A stretch of 64,000 nucleotides of DNA, from NCBI RefSeq assembly GCF_009914755.1, contig NC_060944.1. One strand, 5' to 3'. Under the pieces are notes generated by a model. It did no database searches and was not told the origin of the DNA. It worked only from the letters and a program-made list of their open reading frames with translations. Source of the DNA: the human T2T-CHM13v2.0 reference genome, Homo sapiens. The first letter of the stretch is position 1, and each line of letters begins with the position of its first letter. The position numbers were made by a program, and so were the translations under genes. This document shows, piece after piece, positions 27,996 to 43,200 of this stretch.

Positions 27996-28776
27996 ACTAA
28001 AACTAGTTCAGAAATCATTCATTCATTATGACTTTTTATTTGGCCTTATAAAGCCATTTAACTTCTTTGACTAGCCCTGCTCCCTAGTTTTCTCAACTTT
28101 GAAATTATTTCCTGACAGAATTACTGGAAGAATTAAATAAGATGCTTTTGTTAAAGAGGTTACATATATTTATTGTTGTTGGCTAAATTGTCATTTACCT
28201 GAACTAATGAAAAGTGATCATTGGCATTTATGCCAAATTATTTTAAAACATTTATGAGTCTAGAAGTGAGACTCAGAGCCTTGGGCTGAGGCATTCCTGA
28301 ACATTGCTGTTTCTCATCTAACAGCCTTATTTAATGTACTGCAATTAAGGATAAGTATAATAATTTATTAATGAAACTTGAAAAAAATATGGCATGTCAC
28401 ATCTGTGCACAAATGGTCCTTTCTGACTCAATCATTCTTTTCTATACCTTTTTATTAAAATGGAATTATAATTATAGTCATAAGTGTAAGGATGTACACT
28501 TGACTCTTACTATTTACTTCATTATCACTTCAATTTCCTAGTAAATTTTTTGAATCATATTTTTCCAGCACCATTTCGCTTTACTAGGTAGACGTTATAA
28601 AAACTAATGATGGTGATGATTATAATCTCTATTCTCCATCCTTGAAAGTTCAAACATGCCCTAATTAAAGAAACAGGCTGGCATAGTGTCATGATGAAGC
28701 CAGTAAACCTCAGGCAAGAGACTTGACTTGTGTGAGCTTCAGGTTCTTCATCTGTAAAATGGGATGAGACCAGCAA

Positions 28777-29192
28777 TGTAGCAGACACCTGTGCTATTCC
28801 CATGTCCCTTGGCAATCATGGTTCCAACCCAGCCACCTACACACTTGGCAACTCTTCAGGGCCTTCTATCAGTCCATCCACAGCCAGGCTACAATTCCCA
28901 GGGACTGCATGCCTCAGGAGTAGTTGAAGAATAAATACCTTATCTTCCATGCCCCTTGGGTTGCAAAGTTCTGATGTGTGTCCTCTGCTTTCTCCCAGAG
29001 TTCCTCGGTGAGACTGAGCCCTAACTGCCCACAGCTGTAACCTGCCTGATACCCTTCTCCTTCTTAGCTGCCTTTCCTTCTTGTCTCACTTCTCTTCTCT
29101 ACTGTTGTTTCATAGGGTCAACTCCCAAAAAAGGTGCTTGCACTCAAATCCTTGTCTCAGATCCTGTTTTTGGAAGAACCCAAACTAAGACA
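28777..29192 (+). mobile_element. ERVL LTR (LTR16-like) inserted next to a MIR (about 28680-28770)
   Basis: tgtagcagacacc...gaacccaaactaagaca; near-TSD AGCAA/AGCAC. Confidence 0.7.
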
Positions 29193-31347
29193 AGCACTTT
29201 TCTATAAATGGCCTTAAGGGAATCAAAAGTGAAAGATGGGTAAGGTCAGAGTTGCTGAGCATTGAGAGAAAAAAAAATGGAAAGAGGCTGTGCCTCATCA
29301 TTCCTGCCAACCTATCACGTTATTGTCTTCGTTGTTTCCAATCACGAAGCCCTGGCCAGTGGCCTCCAATCATAGATTTCCAGTCTACAAAGGACTTAGC
29401 CATTTAGCTTAGTCAAACTGTCAGTTTATTAGAAGAGGCAGTTTGCAGAAATGGCAATGTTGGGACCAAGACCATGTTTTCTTTGTCCCGCTACTCCAGA
29501 CATCCACCTAGGCACTCCAACAGGACTTGCTTAGAAAAAAGTTGCAACACAGACCATTTAGAAGTTAGTGATCGATGTCTGTAGCAGTGGTTTCCAAGCT
29601 GGTCCTAGACATAGCACCCTTTGTTTGTTTCTTCTAACAAAGTCTCGTGAGAAAGGCCAATATGTAGGGAAAAGCTTTAAAGGTGCTGTCTTGGTGGAAT
29701 AGAGGGGAGCCTGGAGTACAGGTGATGGTGGCTGTTGCCCTATCACTCTTTCTCCTCCTGACCTACCCCATTCTCTGCAGGGATGTCTGCCCAAACCCTG
29801 GGATATTCAGGATACTCAGTTTAAAAACCACTCCTCTGAAGGAAATACTGACTAGTTTAAAGATCTGCCTCACAATTAAGGTGGCATCCATTTAAGTCAT
29901 TTTATATAGATTACCTACAAAGTAGTTGAGGAAACAGAACCGACGTGAATCAACAAAGTCAACACAAATAAGATCAATTTTCTCCCAAAAGACAAAAACA
30001 GAGGAAAACTATATGATGTAGCCAATGCTTTCATGCCTTAATTAAGTTACTACACTGAAAAAGCTGCTGAAAAGCTACTCTAGGATTTTATTGATCGAAA
30101 TCTCATTTAAATTCCTCCTATTGACTCTCTAACCTCTGCGGAAGGTTACAGAAAAATGGCATTGTCGTCCCCGAGTGCATTCCAAGTTCTTCTTAACTTC
30201 ATGTTTGGTATGTTCATAGACTTCTCTGAAATATTTCAGATTGCCTAAGAATGAAAAAAAAATTTTTCAAGATCGTCATTGTGGATCTATTGTTCATTGG
30301 TTGACTTGGCAACTCCCTTTGCTTTCCTTTCCGTTATTACATTTCCTTTATTCCCAGAAGGCAGGGCCTGGGCCTGAGGAAAGGCAAAGGCCTGGCCTAG
30401 GAATTCTGTTTCTTTTCTCCTTTATTTCAGTGACCTCAGTGTCTGCTCAGGCCCACAGCTCTGGCCAGAAAGTCACAGCCCTGTCTACTCACAGCTGAAA
30501 TGTCCTTTGTTCAGAAAATAACCAGACAGGAAAAATATAAACAGTAAAAGGCAAAATCAAATGCCAGTCCACAGGATAGATAAGTGAGCTTGGTAGCCTC
30601 ATCAACCCCATAGTCTGCTGAGTCTTGTTAAAACTTCTTTCCTTCATCATACCTTTCAGAGGTGCCTTGCCATTTCATGGGAGAGCTATTGGGACAGAGC
30701 AGAGAATGGCTTCTTTCCCCCTAGATGTGACCTCCCAGCAGAACACAGCATTGACAATTGTTGGCTAGTATAGCTTTCCCCTTGTCAGCAGGGTCTAGGA
30801 GCAGGTTGCAGTGCGTGTGGGGTGGGGTGGAGGGGACTCTGGCTCAGTCAAAACTGCCTGGCAGGTTGTACTGTGTTGGGAGGGAGAGAGGCCACAGGCG
30901 TTTGGCTCCTAACTTCGGCATTATCCAGGGTCTTGTCAATAGTCAATGTGATACAACAGATAAGTGGGAGGGAAATAGGTCGAATGCAGAAAAAAAAAAA
31001 GCAAACCACAGGGAAACCAGATTAAGTGAGGGATGGACCTTCCACCCTAACCCTTAATAGAAAAGCTGAAAAATGTACCATAGTAGGGAATCCTGCCAGG
31101 AAGTGGACAGTGACCAAGGATTTCAAAAATCTCTTATGGAGATTCTGGAAGGTCTGTCTTAACTCTGAATCACTACAGTCTCTAGGATGCCAGCTGTGAC
31201 AGCAAAGATTATCTCCAAGCTAGGGATAGCATTATTTTAACAGGAGAGTTAATTGAGAATGATGGACAAAATCAAGCTTCTTACCTAAGCATTCTACCTT
31301 ATATGTAGAAAATGAGCCCAAAAAATGCTTCTGAACAATGTGGCTAT

Positions 31348-31657
31348 ATGTCTTTGTTGAGGGTTTTCCCAGAAGCCAACTTTGAAAGAAGATTCAAGTC
31401 CATAGAGTTTGGAAGGTGATTCCAGGAAGTACTAGTAGGGCAGTAGGGAGTGTGAACGAGGAAGAGAAAGCAGCTTACAAAAAAATGTGTTGTCAAGGCA
31501 GTCATTCCCAACCACAGCCATTGTTGGAGGATGCTCTTAGAAAGTGTTAATTCTTAGGCCTTTCCAGCCTGCACCACATAAAGTCAGCCATCAGGCAGAG
31601 ATGCAGATACAAGTCCAGCCCAGCTGTATCTCCTGGAGCACCAGTACAGTCTGCTAT
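31348..31657 (-). mobile_element. ERVL LTR (LTR33-like)
   Basis: gggttttcccagaagcc...ggtgattccaggaagtactagtagggcagtagggag. Confidence 0.5.
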
Positions 31658-34600
31658 GATATTATTACCAGCAAAACACTATTCACGATACTATAAAAAG
31701 GATATTCCCACCTCACTTTGCAGCTTTAACAAGAATCTCCAGCATATCAAAAAAGAGATCCTTCAAAGTACCTGATGCTTATTGAACGCATTTCTTTATT
31801 CTAACATATACCTAATGCAGTTGCGTGGACACTTTAACAATCATGTATTACCCATCTAACTTATGAACTGCTAGAAAGGGGAACAAAATCCAGATAAGAT
31901 ATTTGCTCTCAAGGAGCCTATAATTACAAGGAGAAAATTCTAATATCACAAATAATTATAAAACAAGTTATAATGTGATTCACTTCCATTTCTTCATCTA
32001 GCTAATATTCATTCATTCGTAAATATACTTCCATTCATTCATCTAGCAAATATCTATTGAATAACTATGTGCGAGGGAAGCTTGAAGGTAAAGGAAAGTT
32101 TTGTTTATTGACATTGTGGGGAGTTTCCGGAATTGCTCTAAGCTCTTTACCTGCAAATTGCCATGGTACATTTTTCAGCTTTTCTATTTCTTGTACAAAA
32201 CCTCAGACAAGTCTTCAAGTGCATATTATTATTCCCATTTTACAATGAGGAAAGCGAGTCTTTGGATGGTCCAGACATTTGACTTGTTATACTGTTTGGG
32301 AATGAGTTGAGAGGTAAGTCTAAAAATGTAACATTTGTGACCTGAATGGAAGCCTTCATGCTATTCTTGACTTACTCGTTGGTTTATTTACTCAGCACAC
32401 AGTTTTTTGAGTCTTGCTACCTGTGTCAACCCTTGAGTAAGACAATGAAAAGGCACCATTCTTCACCTATCTGGGCTCTCAATGTAGTAGAACCTCCTCT
32501 GTAGTCAGTACAGTGGGGAAGGATGTGCTGAAGGCATCTGAAGAGGAAACTGGCATTCCATGCTGTGCTTTATGCTGCAGAGCAGAGGGCCAAATGAGAG
32601 ACAAGAGGCACTTAGGGCACTAAAAGATAACATGTTTTAAGTAGCTCATCAGAAAGCATTAATGAGAACATAATTATGTTCTGGGTCTGCATTTATGCTA
32701 GACTATGGAAGAGATGTAAATAAAGTGAAGGCCATGGTCCTTGCTCATACAACGCCAATGTCCAATTTGATCAAGGAACATAACATTCTGGTGAAGGAGC
32801 TAGAACATTTTTCCTCCCTTGCATTACGGTCAGGAACCACTGTGGAGGGTCTCCTCTCATAAAGCACTGTGACAGTGTACTCATAAAAGGCAATGGAATT
32901 GGTTTCCTACCCTCTGAGAACCTCTAATTTTAAATGATAAATCAGTACTTATACAAATCCATGTTCCAAACACAGCTCTAAAGCTGTACTTAAGAGAGAC
33001 AGGTTCTAATCTGGATTCTGTTCTTATCTTTCTATGTCATTTTAAAGGGGCTATTTAATCTCTCTTGGGACAACTTTGCTTATCTGTCATGTTAAATAAT
33101 AAAACTGTCTTCTGCCTACCAAATAGAATGATGAGGAGTAAATAAACTCACAGATGTGAGAATACTTTGAAAAACGGAAAGTGCTAAATCAAAGTAAGGT
33201 GTTATTATTGAGAATTTTCACACAAAACCACATCAAATAGTACAACTTAATACAGGGAAACTGCAAGCACACAGAAAGCTGTGAGCACTGCGTGAAGAGC
33301 TAATCTGCAGGAGCTTTTGAGAAGAGTACATAGCCATTTAGGGGCCATTATCACACCATATCTTGGAGCTGTATTTGCACATAGTTATGGTAATAGCACA
33401 GTTTTTGCAATCAAGATGGAATAACAATATATGACACTTTTCAACTTAAAATAATAACACATGAAAACAGGTGCAGAACATACTGACTCCAGATTTAGGG
33501 GAAAAATGGTAAAATAATGAAAGAAGCCAGTGAAGTTCATGTAATGTACAAAAGCACAGTTAGCTGGCCAGTGTGATAGGAAAGTTTGTGCCCGGGCAAA
33601 GATAACTGAGAAGGGAACATTTAGATTATTTCTTAAAATAGGCAAATAGACTTTGGTGAGCCATGGGATATTAATGCCATCTGCACTTACTTTCTCTGAG
33701 CTGATCTAGCAGAATTCGCAAGGGCCAAAGCACCAGGAAAAAACGTGAGCCGAGAAATTGCTTTTCAGTGCTGTGCTTAGAAGTGATTTAAGGAGGTGCT
33801 AAACCACTGGGCTGGTAGCTTTCCAGTATGCTCTGGTATTATTGCATTAAGAGTGAAGATTGAGCAATGATGAATGGATTCTCAACCACCTAATCCCAGT
33901 GACATCCAAACATCTGAGTGCCAGATCCTGCCTAATTGGCATTTGGCACAGTAGAAGGAGGCTGGTGTCCATGCAAGCTGGCAGACACATTGTCCAGTTT
34001 TCCCATCTTGACTGTGATTATTCTACGTGGATTTATGGGCCATCTGTCTTCCAAGGCAAAATTTGTAGATTTTTCTGTGCTGCAGAGCTCTGAAGATGTT
34101 ATTTGCATGTGTTTAGCTGTTTTTATTTTTTAAAGCTAACCTGCATATTTTTTGCAAAGCCCACAAAACAATGTCACTTCTTGTGTTCAGCATTTCTCTT
34201 GTCCTCATGTTGGCATGACAAGTTTTCTGTTATATTTCATTTTTCTTCCTAAAATTCAGATTCATGGGTTGAGGGATAAAAATGCTAGAGGACATCTTTA
34301 AATTACTTGCAGAGATTAGAATGTAAATTAAGTCGGGAAAAGAATTTGGACCTTGATAGACAAATTCAAATCAAAGAGCTAATCCTCACGCCTCTGCCAG
34401 ATGGGTCATTTGTCCACCGGAGCTCAGCTTCTTTACACAGAAAGATTAAAGTAACACGTTTTAGAGAGATAAGTAAATCATGGGAAAACTCTGCCTTGGT
34501 CACATTTAGGATTATTTTTAGGACCAATGCAGAGTGCCCAGATTGAAGCCAACTGCCAAGAAGGCAGGATACCTTTCCTTCCCATCATCCATGCCCCCTA

Positions 34601-34699
34601 TCCAGGCCAGTGTTAGGAAAGTTATGTGGATAAGCACCATCAACCACACCCACCACTATCTGTCTTTCCATTGCCCAGGCATGATATCCAGATCCATTT

Positions 34700-35170
34700 C
34701 ACACCAAATAACCCCGTGCCCTCAGACAAGTTGCTAACATCTCTAAGCCTCCGTGTACTCAACTGAAAATGGTAATTTAAAAGTACGTCTCTCATAGGAT
34801 TTCTATGCCTGGCATGTGGTCAATGCTCAGTAATAGTAGCTCCCATTATTATGATAATTATTGTTATTTACCTTCTTCTATCACTAGATGATGTGTGATG
34901 TCTACAGCAAGCAGCATAGCATCATGTTTAATGGCATGAAACACAAAGACTGACTGCCTGGGCTCAAATCCCAACTTACTCACTTATGAATTGTATAACC
35001 TTGAGCAACCTTATCTTTGCTTGGGCACAAACCTTGAGCAAGCTACTTGCCTCAGGTTTCCCATCTATAAAATAGTCATAAAAGTACCCACTTACAGAGT
35101 TACTGTGAGGATAAAATGAGTTAATACTTGCATATAGCAAGTAGCATATCATAAAAGATTGTTAAACAAT
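34700..35170 (+). mobile_element. Two adjacent MIR elements
   Basis: ctgcctgggctcaaatccca...cctcaggtttcccatctataaaatag...gtgaggataaaatgagttaatac. Confidence 0.7.
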
Positions 35171-35670
35171 ATGCTGGAAATATTTTAAATCATGAAACTC
35201 TTCTAAGGCTCTCTTCTTCCTTGCACTTTCCTGTTATACTCTTTTTTTTTTTTTTTTAGTACTGCATGTGTAAGCATGGCCTGCCACATGTTCTTTCCTT
35301 GATCCTTTTTCCTTTAGCACTTGGCTACTGCTGCCTTAAACTGCTTTTGGGACTAGCTCAGGAGCAGTTCCATGCTAGTTCTTTGATGCCATGATGTGGG
35401 CATTTCCTAGCTAACCATCCAGATATGCATACCGAGCAGGGAAGAGCCTCAGTGGGGGCCCTTCCAGAGACCTTAGCAATGTGCCATGAGTTGTATTTAG
35501 GGATTAGTTTTTGACTATGCCCTATGTACTTTTTTCTTGCCCTGATTCACAGAGCTCATGCAAAGTGTAATGAGAGAATTACGTGCTGAGGACTTGCTAC
35601 TGAGCTCAGAAATTTCAGTTAAATGAGGGGCATCAGCTTGTGTTACCAGACCTTATTTAAAGTTACATTC

Positions 35671-36030
<360 letters not shown>

Positions 36031-36704
36031 TTATTTCAGATACTTTACTTGTGAACCTAATAGGAAATTCTACCAGGGCTGAGCAAATTCGGAAGCTAAG
36101 AAGAGATGGCACTGATGGAGCAGGTGGCTCGCAATGTGCAATACCTTGAAGTACAGCCAACTCTGCTGTCACTTAAGGATTGATTTGGCTTATTCTGAAT
36201 TATTCTAGTCCCCTTTTCCAGTCTATTTTGATAGCTTTGAGCATTTAATGCTGTCTGGTTAGCACTTCTTCTAGGCAGAGGTAGGGTGTAAGGATAAAAC
36301 TTTCAATCTCTCTAAGACTTTGTTAGGACTCAGCCCCCCAAATCCCTGTCTTTCTTCCGCATATTTGTTGGACTTCAGGGTACCGTTAGTCAGTGCCAGC
36401 GAGGCCTCTTGGTTCTGTTCTGTGAGCTGTTCATTGCATTTCTTCGATGTTTTCTTCTTAGTCCTTCCTTTGTAGTGTCATTTACGGCTGAATTTGGAAT
36501 TGCCGTTTTTAGTTGTCTATGATACAATATCGTTTGAGATATCTGGTTGCCAAGATGAAGCACAAAACCACTCACAATATAAATTAATACATAAATGTTA
36601 ATATTTGGGGACAAAATAATCATTTTTTCAATTAATATTTGTTGAGCATTTACAAGCCAGGCACTGTTGTGAGTTCTAAAGATCAGCAGTGAACTAGAGA
36701 AACA

Positions 36705-36956
36705 CTGCCTGTCTGCTGGACTTCCCACTGAGTGCCTGCATCTCTTTGCTGACAGCTCTCTTTAGCTGCCAGAGCCCCCTCTTCCCAAGGGCGCAGTTGG
36801 CCAAAGAGTATTGGGGAATTATCCCCCGGAAGCAGTCCTCAAACAATGACTGATGGGACTTGGTATAAATACTCCAGCTCCCTCCCCCCTTAAATGGGAT
36901 CACCTTCAAGTACATGTTTTGTCTCATTTCCTTCAAGGGAAACACAAACTAAGACA
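36705..36956 (+). mobile_element. LTR16-like ERVL LTR fragment nested in an antisense L2 (about 36630-37170)
   Basis: caatgactgatgggacttggtataaatactccagctccc...aaactaagaca; L2 sequence resumes on both sides. Confidence 0.6.
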
Positions 36957-38920
36957 CTCCATCCTCATGAAACTCACAATCCCTGGATGAAGAGACCAAA
37001 ACTAGCATACCAGCAAATATATCTATTAGTACAATGACAGATGGTGATAAATGCTATGGAGAAATATAAACAGCATATGAGACAGGAGTGCCAGCAGGAG
37101 AGATTGCTATTTGTATGGGCTACTCAAGAAAGACTTCATGTTGTGGTAATATTTGAGGAGACTCTCAGTGCACTCAAAACAAGTCTCTCTCTCTCACTCT
37201 CAATTTCTATTTTGAAATAACCTAGAGTGGTGGCTAAGCACTAAGAGCCTTCCCTAGTGCCTGGGCATCAGAGAGGGAATCTGGTCCAAGCTGGTAGCGC
37301 TGCATTACCTCATTCTTTTCTGGTCTTGGTCATTGACCATCCTTTTCATAACCACAGACTCAGCTCCATCTTTGCCACCCTTGAGTGGACCGAGGAGGAA
37401 CTCTCTAAGGCTCAGGCCCATCTACTTAGACACTTCTGCTTCAATAGGTTCTGGCTGCTTGGGAATACCAGCAGCAACTTTCTGGAACACCTTCTGGGAA
37501 AGGAGCCACAGAGCTTCTCTCTTCAGGACATCAGGCTTGTCTGCGGTTTCTCCTAGACTTGAGGACAAGGAAGCCTCGGTATGAGAATGTCCTCAGGACC
37601 AAGCAGAAGAATGTACCTTTTCATTCTTCTTTCTCTGCCATCCCTTTCTTCCCTAAAGCAAAAGGTCAAATGCTTTGTTGCTGCTTGTTTTGGAAAAGAG
37701 TAAGAGGGACTGGTGAAGGATAAAGGAGGAAATATGTCAACTCTCAAATATGACAGGATTGAACACATGATTTATTTTATCACCTTAGAATTTAGTTCTA
37801 GAAGTCTCCTTATTTTTTTTAGATTTGATGGTATAATTTCTATGGCAGTGTTTTGAATTCAAATTGCAACTTTACATGACAGACTTAGGGTACAGAATTA
37901 CAAATCTGGACATAATTTCCTGGCGATTGAATCAAGTATCAACATATCTGATGACCACCATGACGAGAGTTGGACAAGTCACCAGCACTCAGAAAATCAA
38001 AGGTCAGCTTGACTCAATGATCACTCCTTTAGAAACGTAGGGAGTTGACTGCTTCTTGCACGCACCACCGCACCTGTTCCACAAAAGCGGCCTTGTGAGA
38101 TTGGCAAGAGAAGCCAAGATATCCAAGCTATTTCCCACCTAATAAGTACCTGGGAGCTCAAGCTTCCTCTGTGGCTCTGATGGCACTCTACCTGGGAGAA
38201 GATATAGCAAGGAGAACCTGACAGATCATCCATATGGTGCCATCTGTGGTAAGAGATTAGTCACTGCATACTTCTCATTAGAAAAAATATAAAGAAAGCC
38301 AGGGAATCCCATGATAAGTCCCAGCCAGGCAAAGCAGAAGACCTTCTGCTCTTCCCATCTGATTCACCATTACCTACAAATACAAGATCAAAGATAAGGA
38401 ACGTAAGATCTGACTTTTAAACTTAATCAACAAAAATATCTGCAGTATGGTATAGTAGAACCATGGAACTTCAGGATAAATATGGTAGATTGAACATATT
38501 CAACTAACTGAACTTTCTTGAAACCACACCAAAACTCCATTAAAAGAGACTTTTAAGGGCATAATCTGGCAAGGGTGAGGGATAATAGATAAGAAATGAC
38601 CATTACATAATTTAGGTATCTGGCTATATGTTTACAGCAGTTGACAGATCTGAGAACCTGATCATTGATCATCCGTGTGAAAACCTGGAACCAATCCAAG
38701 TTATTTTATAAAAAACCTTAAAAGTCTCAGAAATTGATGATGTTTGTTTCCTCTGGAAGTGGGATTCAAGATAAGGCATAAAACAAAGAGGAGAGTTGAC
38801 AGCTACTTAAGGAACAATCAGAACTCCCACCTTAGAGGGACTATTTATGTATTTATTCTTTGGAGTCAGGAAAACAGAGAGTGTGAGGATGACACAAAGC
38901 CCAGATGAAAGCAGGCTACA

Positions 38921-39277
38921 GGCCGGGCGCGGCGGCTCCCGCCTGCGATGCCAACACTTTGGGAGGCTTAAACAGGCGGATCACCTGAAGTCAGGTGTTA
39001 GAGACCAGCCTGGTGAAACCCTGTCTCTACGAAAAATACAAAAATTAGCCGGGCGTGGTGGCATGTGCCTATAGTCCCTGCTACTCAGGAGGCTGAGGCA
39101 GGGGAATCACTTGAACCCAGGAGGCAGAGGTTGCAGTGAGGCAAGATAACACCACTGCACTCCAGCCTGTGTGACAGAGCAAGACTCTGTCTCAAGAAGA
39201 GAGAAAAAGAAAGAAGAAAGAGAGACAAAGAAAGAAAGAAAGAAAGAGAAGAAAGAAAGAAAGAAAGAGAGAAAGAG
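38921..39277 (+). mobile_element. AluS with GA-rich tail
   Basis: ggccgggcgcggcggctc...; 9-bp internal deletion (cctgg^tgaaacc). Confidence 0.93.
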
Positions 39278-39945
39278 TACCATTTTGAAAGCAAGAAGAT
39301 AAAGTAATTGTAAGCATATGAAAAAATGCTGAGACCTCCTGCATTCTTCTCCAATCTTGCTCTAGAATGCTGGCATCCAGGCCTTCACTCTATCCTGGCA
39401 AGAGATTAGATAGAAGTTCTCCCAAGAATCTAATCTGCCTAAGAGGAAAGACCTAAAGATATCAATATTAGGGATTACTCCGAAAGATACAAAGGAAGAT
39501 CCCTCTGCAGTGATGCCTTACCAACTCTCATACTTTTCAAGCACAGCAAACACATCCAGAAATCCAATCAGCTTTTTAGTCTGCCAACTTGAAATATGAA
39601 CAGATAATTAAGTGTTACTAGACATATGAGGAAAACTTCCTTAAAAACAGGAAAAAGCAGGGAAAAAAGTAACTTTGTAGGAAATAATGACTATATAGTG
39701 AGAATTCGTTAAGTATACACATATCATTAATGTCCATAGAAAAATAACCAAATATATTATGTCCATGAAAAAGAACAGAATGCTAATTTTTTCAATAAAT
39801 GTCAGAGAACATAAACTGGCTGTTAAACACAAAAACAAAGCACTCCAAAAAAAGGTGGAAATACAGTTGAGGAAATCTTTTAGAGAGTAAAGCAAAAAAA
39901 TTAGATGGAAGATTGGAGAGAAAATGTATAAAAGTTTAAAATCCG

Positions 39946-40245
39946 GTCAGGCATGTTGGCTCAGGCCTGTAATCCCAGCAATTTGGGAGGCTGAGGTGGG
40001 TGGATCACCTGAGGTCGGGAGTTTGAGACCAGCTTGACCAACACAGAGAAACCCCATCTCTACTAAAAATACAAAATTAGCCGGGTGGGGTATGGTGGTG
40101 CATGCCTGTAATCCCAGCTACTTGGGAGGCTGAGGCAGGAGGATCGCTTGATCACCTCCACCTGGAGGTGGAGGTTGTGGTAAGCCGAGATCGCACCATT
40201 GCACTCCAGCCTGGGCAACAAGAGCGAAACTCAGTCTCAAAACAA
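39946..40245 (+). mobile_element. AluSp/Sq-like
   Basis: gaggtcgggagtttgagaccagcttgaccaac...gggcaacaagagcgaaac. Confidence 0.92.
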
Positions 40246-43200
40246 AGTTTAAAATCTGGACAAATAATATTCCAGAATGAAAAAACAGAGGAAATTATCA
40301 TAATAATTCATGTTTTTTTCCAAACAAGACAACAGCTTTCAGACTGAAAGGTTTCAAAGAGTGCCCAGCATAGGGGATAGATAAACCTATGCCAAAGCAC
40401 ATCATTGTGAAATTTTAAGAAACGGGGACCAAAAGTGCTAGAAATTGCCAGAGGGACAAAAACCAAAACAAAACAGGCCACACACCTGTTTTTAGGATGG
40501 TGAATCACAAAGTCTTCAAACCTCTTAACAGAGCTAAAAGACAGTGGAGCAAATTTTTCCCACAAAAATCTTTTAAAAAAAAATCCAACCCAAAATACTG
40601 TGTCCAGCAAAACTAGCAATCAAGTGTGCAGGTGTAAAGAAGTCATTTTTAGACATGCAAGCCTCAAGAAACTTAACATTCATGAATGCTTTCTCTGGAA
40701 GCTACTGACCAATGTGCTCTAACTAAAATTAAAAAATTAACAATTAAAGGGGAAGACATGGCATAAATAAAAGAGATTTAGCACAGAATAGAAGTGAAGA
40801 AAACAGAAATTAATCAATCTAGATTGGAGCAGATAAAAGGCTCCAGAAAAGACTTCAAGAGAATCTAACCAAGAGAACACTTGTTATATTTGTACATATT
40901 GCAAAAACATTTAGCTAACCGGGGGATACTTTGGAGTTGGACTGGAGATATATGCAAAAAATTAAGCAAATGATAAAACAAGATAATTAACTATAGGGAA
41001 AATTTTAAAAAATTGTGCATGAAGATAAAAATAATTGTTAGGTTACTGTATGACTCAACCCTGAACACACTGTGTAGTCATGATAACATAAAGACTGAAC
41101 ACTGTAACTAAATTATAGTATTACTGTCTCTGAAAGAATGAGAGTAATGTATACATGTGCTACAGGAGTAGAGATAAGAAAGAGCAATATTCTCATCTTT
41201 CATGGTGGTAAGTCAAAAATAGCAATACATGCATATTATTTTGAGATACAGAAGTAAATACCAAAAGCTTCTGCTAAAAGATTTGAAGGTGTTTGCTTCT
41301 AAGTAAGGAGACATGAGGAAGCGTGTTTCTATTAACCATCCTAGTAAAAGTGGTGCTGGATGGCAGCCATAGAATAATTCTAAATTTAGCAGATAACCCT
41401 TGGCTTCTCGACCATGTTGTTTTTCCTGTTCTTGTCTCCTGAAGTGGTATCTGCACATCAAGAGCAAATCACACAGGTGGCTTCTTAGCTCCCCTTGGTG
41501 ACTCCACACACTGGAGACATTCAGCCCCTCCCTACTCCTTCCTTCTAAACTTAGCCCATCGGCAATCAACGCTGACTGATTTTTCTTCATCTTCAACCAG
41601 ACTTGGGCAGCAGAATGGTAGAAAGGAAACTGGAGCAGAGCTGGATCAAAATGAATTGCTTCTTTCAGAAGAGTCCTGAAATTTACATCCCCAAGAAGGT
41701 TCCTATCTGGCCAACATGAAATTAGTGTGTCCACTAACTGATTGCATGGGCTGCAACTCCAAACTCTTTCGTGTTATATGCACTAAGAACTACACTAAAT
41801 GAATAGAAACCTGAACTGATCAGCAACAGGAATCAAGGATGAATTTTATGTGCCATGTTTTTAAGTTCTTGAAAGGCAATGCTCTGATGGACACATCCTT
41901 GGTTATTTCCAACCCTTGACACATAGAGATGCACCCTCAGTAAAAACGTGTTCATTGGTAACCACCAGTAAGGAATACCCTAGCTCCAGGGTGCGTTCAA
42001 AACATTTTGCTGTTGCTGGAGAAATATGAACTGAAAACATCTTTTCCCATGTACCTGAAACAAGAGAGTCAACCCAGAATGTCTCCTTAAAAGTAGGTTT
42101 TTAGAAGCTAATAGATAAAGGGATCCGAACCTGAGAAGATGAGAGAACCACTCCACAATGCTCTTCTAGACCATTCTTCCTTTCTGTTCTCCAGGGCTCC
42201 CTTTTCTGGATACAGATCTTCCTCATTCTTAATTGTTGCAAGGCCAATGGGATGGCCCTGAGTGTAGAGGAGGCATCAGAGTAGCCCATAGCCCAGTAAA
42301 TACTCAAGGGCCTTTGTATGCATTTGCAAGCATGATGGCATCCAGCTGAGTGTCACTGGATACACTTCAGGGTTTTAAAGCATGATTTTAAAGCATCCCT
42401 GGAAGGTATCATTACGTCATAGCAGAATTTTGAATTGATGTCTTTCTGACATCTTTAGGAGCATTGTTTTTTCCATTCCTTGAGGGATTTACATGTTTTG
42501 TACTTCAGCTGGAAGTGGTACAAACACTATGTTTGTTTATGAAGACTTTTAAATGCCATTATATGAGTGACATGTCCAATGGCATACTGATTTATTATTA
42601 ACAAAATATATAAGGTAATTTATTTTTAGCCTTTGTCAACTAACTTTATCCTTCTGAACTCAATTTCTCTTTCTGGTGATTTTATTTCAGAAAACAGTAG
42701 CATTGCTTTTACTGTTTCATAATCTCACTCAAATGTGGGACATTTTGTTTTAATTTAGCTAGAAATAATTCCTAATATATTAGCCTGATTGAATTCATAG
42801 ACTTTTAGAGCTAGAGGAGACTGAGGCATCCATATAGTTTACTCATCCTATAATTAAGGAATTTGTCCCTGACCAGTGACCACTGGCAAGAATGGAAGAA
42901 AACTGGATTTCTTGTGCTGTTACTAAGTTTTTTAGAAAAGCAATGTGTTTTGTTATCTTAATTCTCAAGGTTTTTCATTCTTCTATGTGCCTCAGTGGAC
43001 CAGAGTGGATCAGAAAAAAAAATTGTAAATTTTTCACAAACAGTGCAAGTTTGATAGAAAAGGGCTAATGCATTTTAGTCAATGGCGACAATAATATTCC
43101 AGCTGAAGGTTATATGGAAGGGATATCCTCAGAGTTTGTTCTCTGCCCCAAGTCTTTACTAGTCAGAACTATTTTTTAGGCTAATTCATTATGACAAAAC

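Larger units (their letters stand above)
38440..41345 (+). mobile_element. Degenerate old L1M (5'/ORF1-like and 3' pieces) interrupted by two Alus
   Basis: cagactgaaagg...gagtgcccagca...cacatcattgtgaaatttt...ccagcaaaactagcaatcaagtgtg; A-rich strand bias. Confidence 0.55.

Noticed and set aside
36390-36728. 112-aa antisense ORF / possible antisense exon
   Set aside because: Starts within L2/LTR sequence, no homology recognised and no clear splice support.
39001-39020. 9-bp deletion in an Alu left arm resembling the Yd deletion
   Set aside because: Different size and an AluS background; explained by TGG microhomology and of no evident significance.
41213-41734. 173-aa antisense ORF
   Set aside because: Non-ATG start, runs into L1 relic sequence, no recognisable domain.
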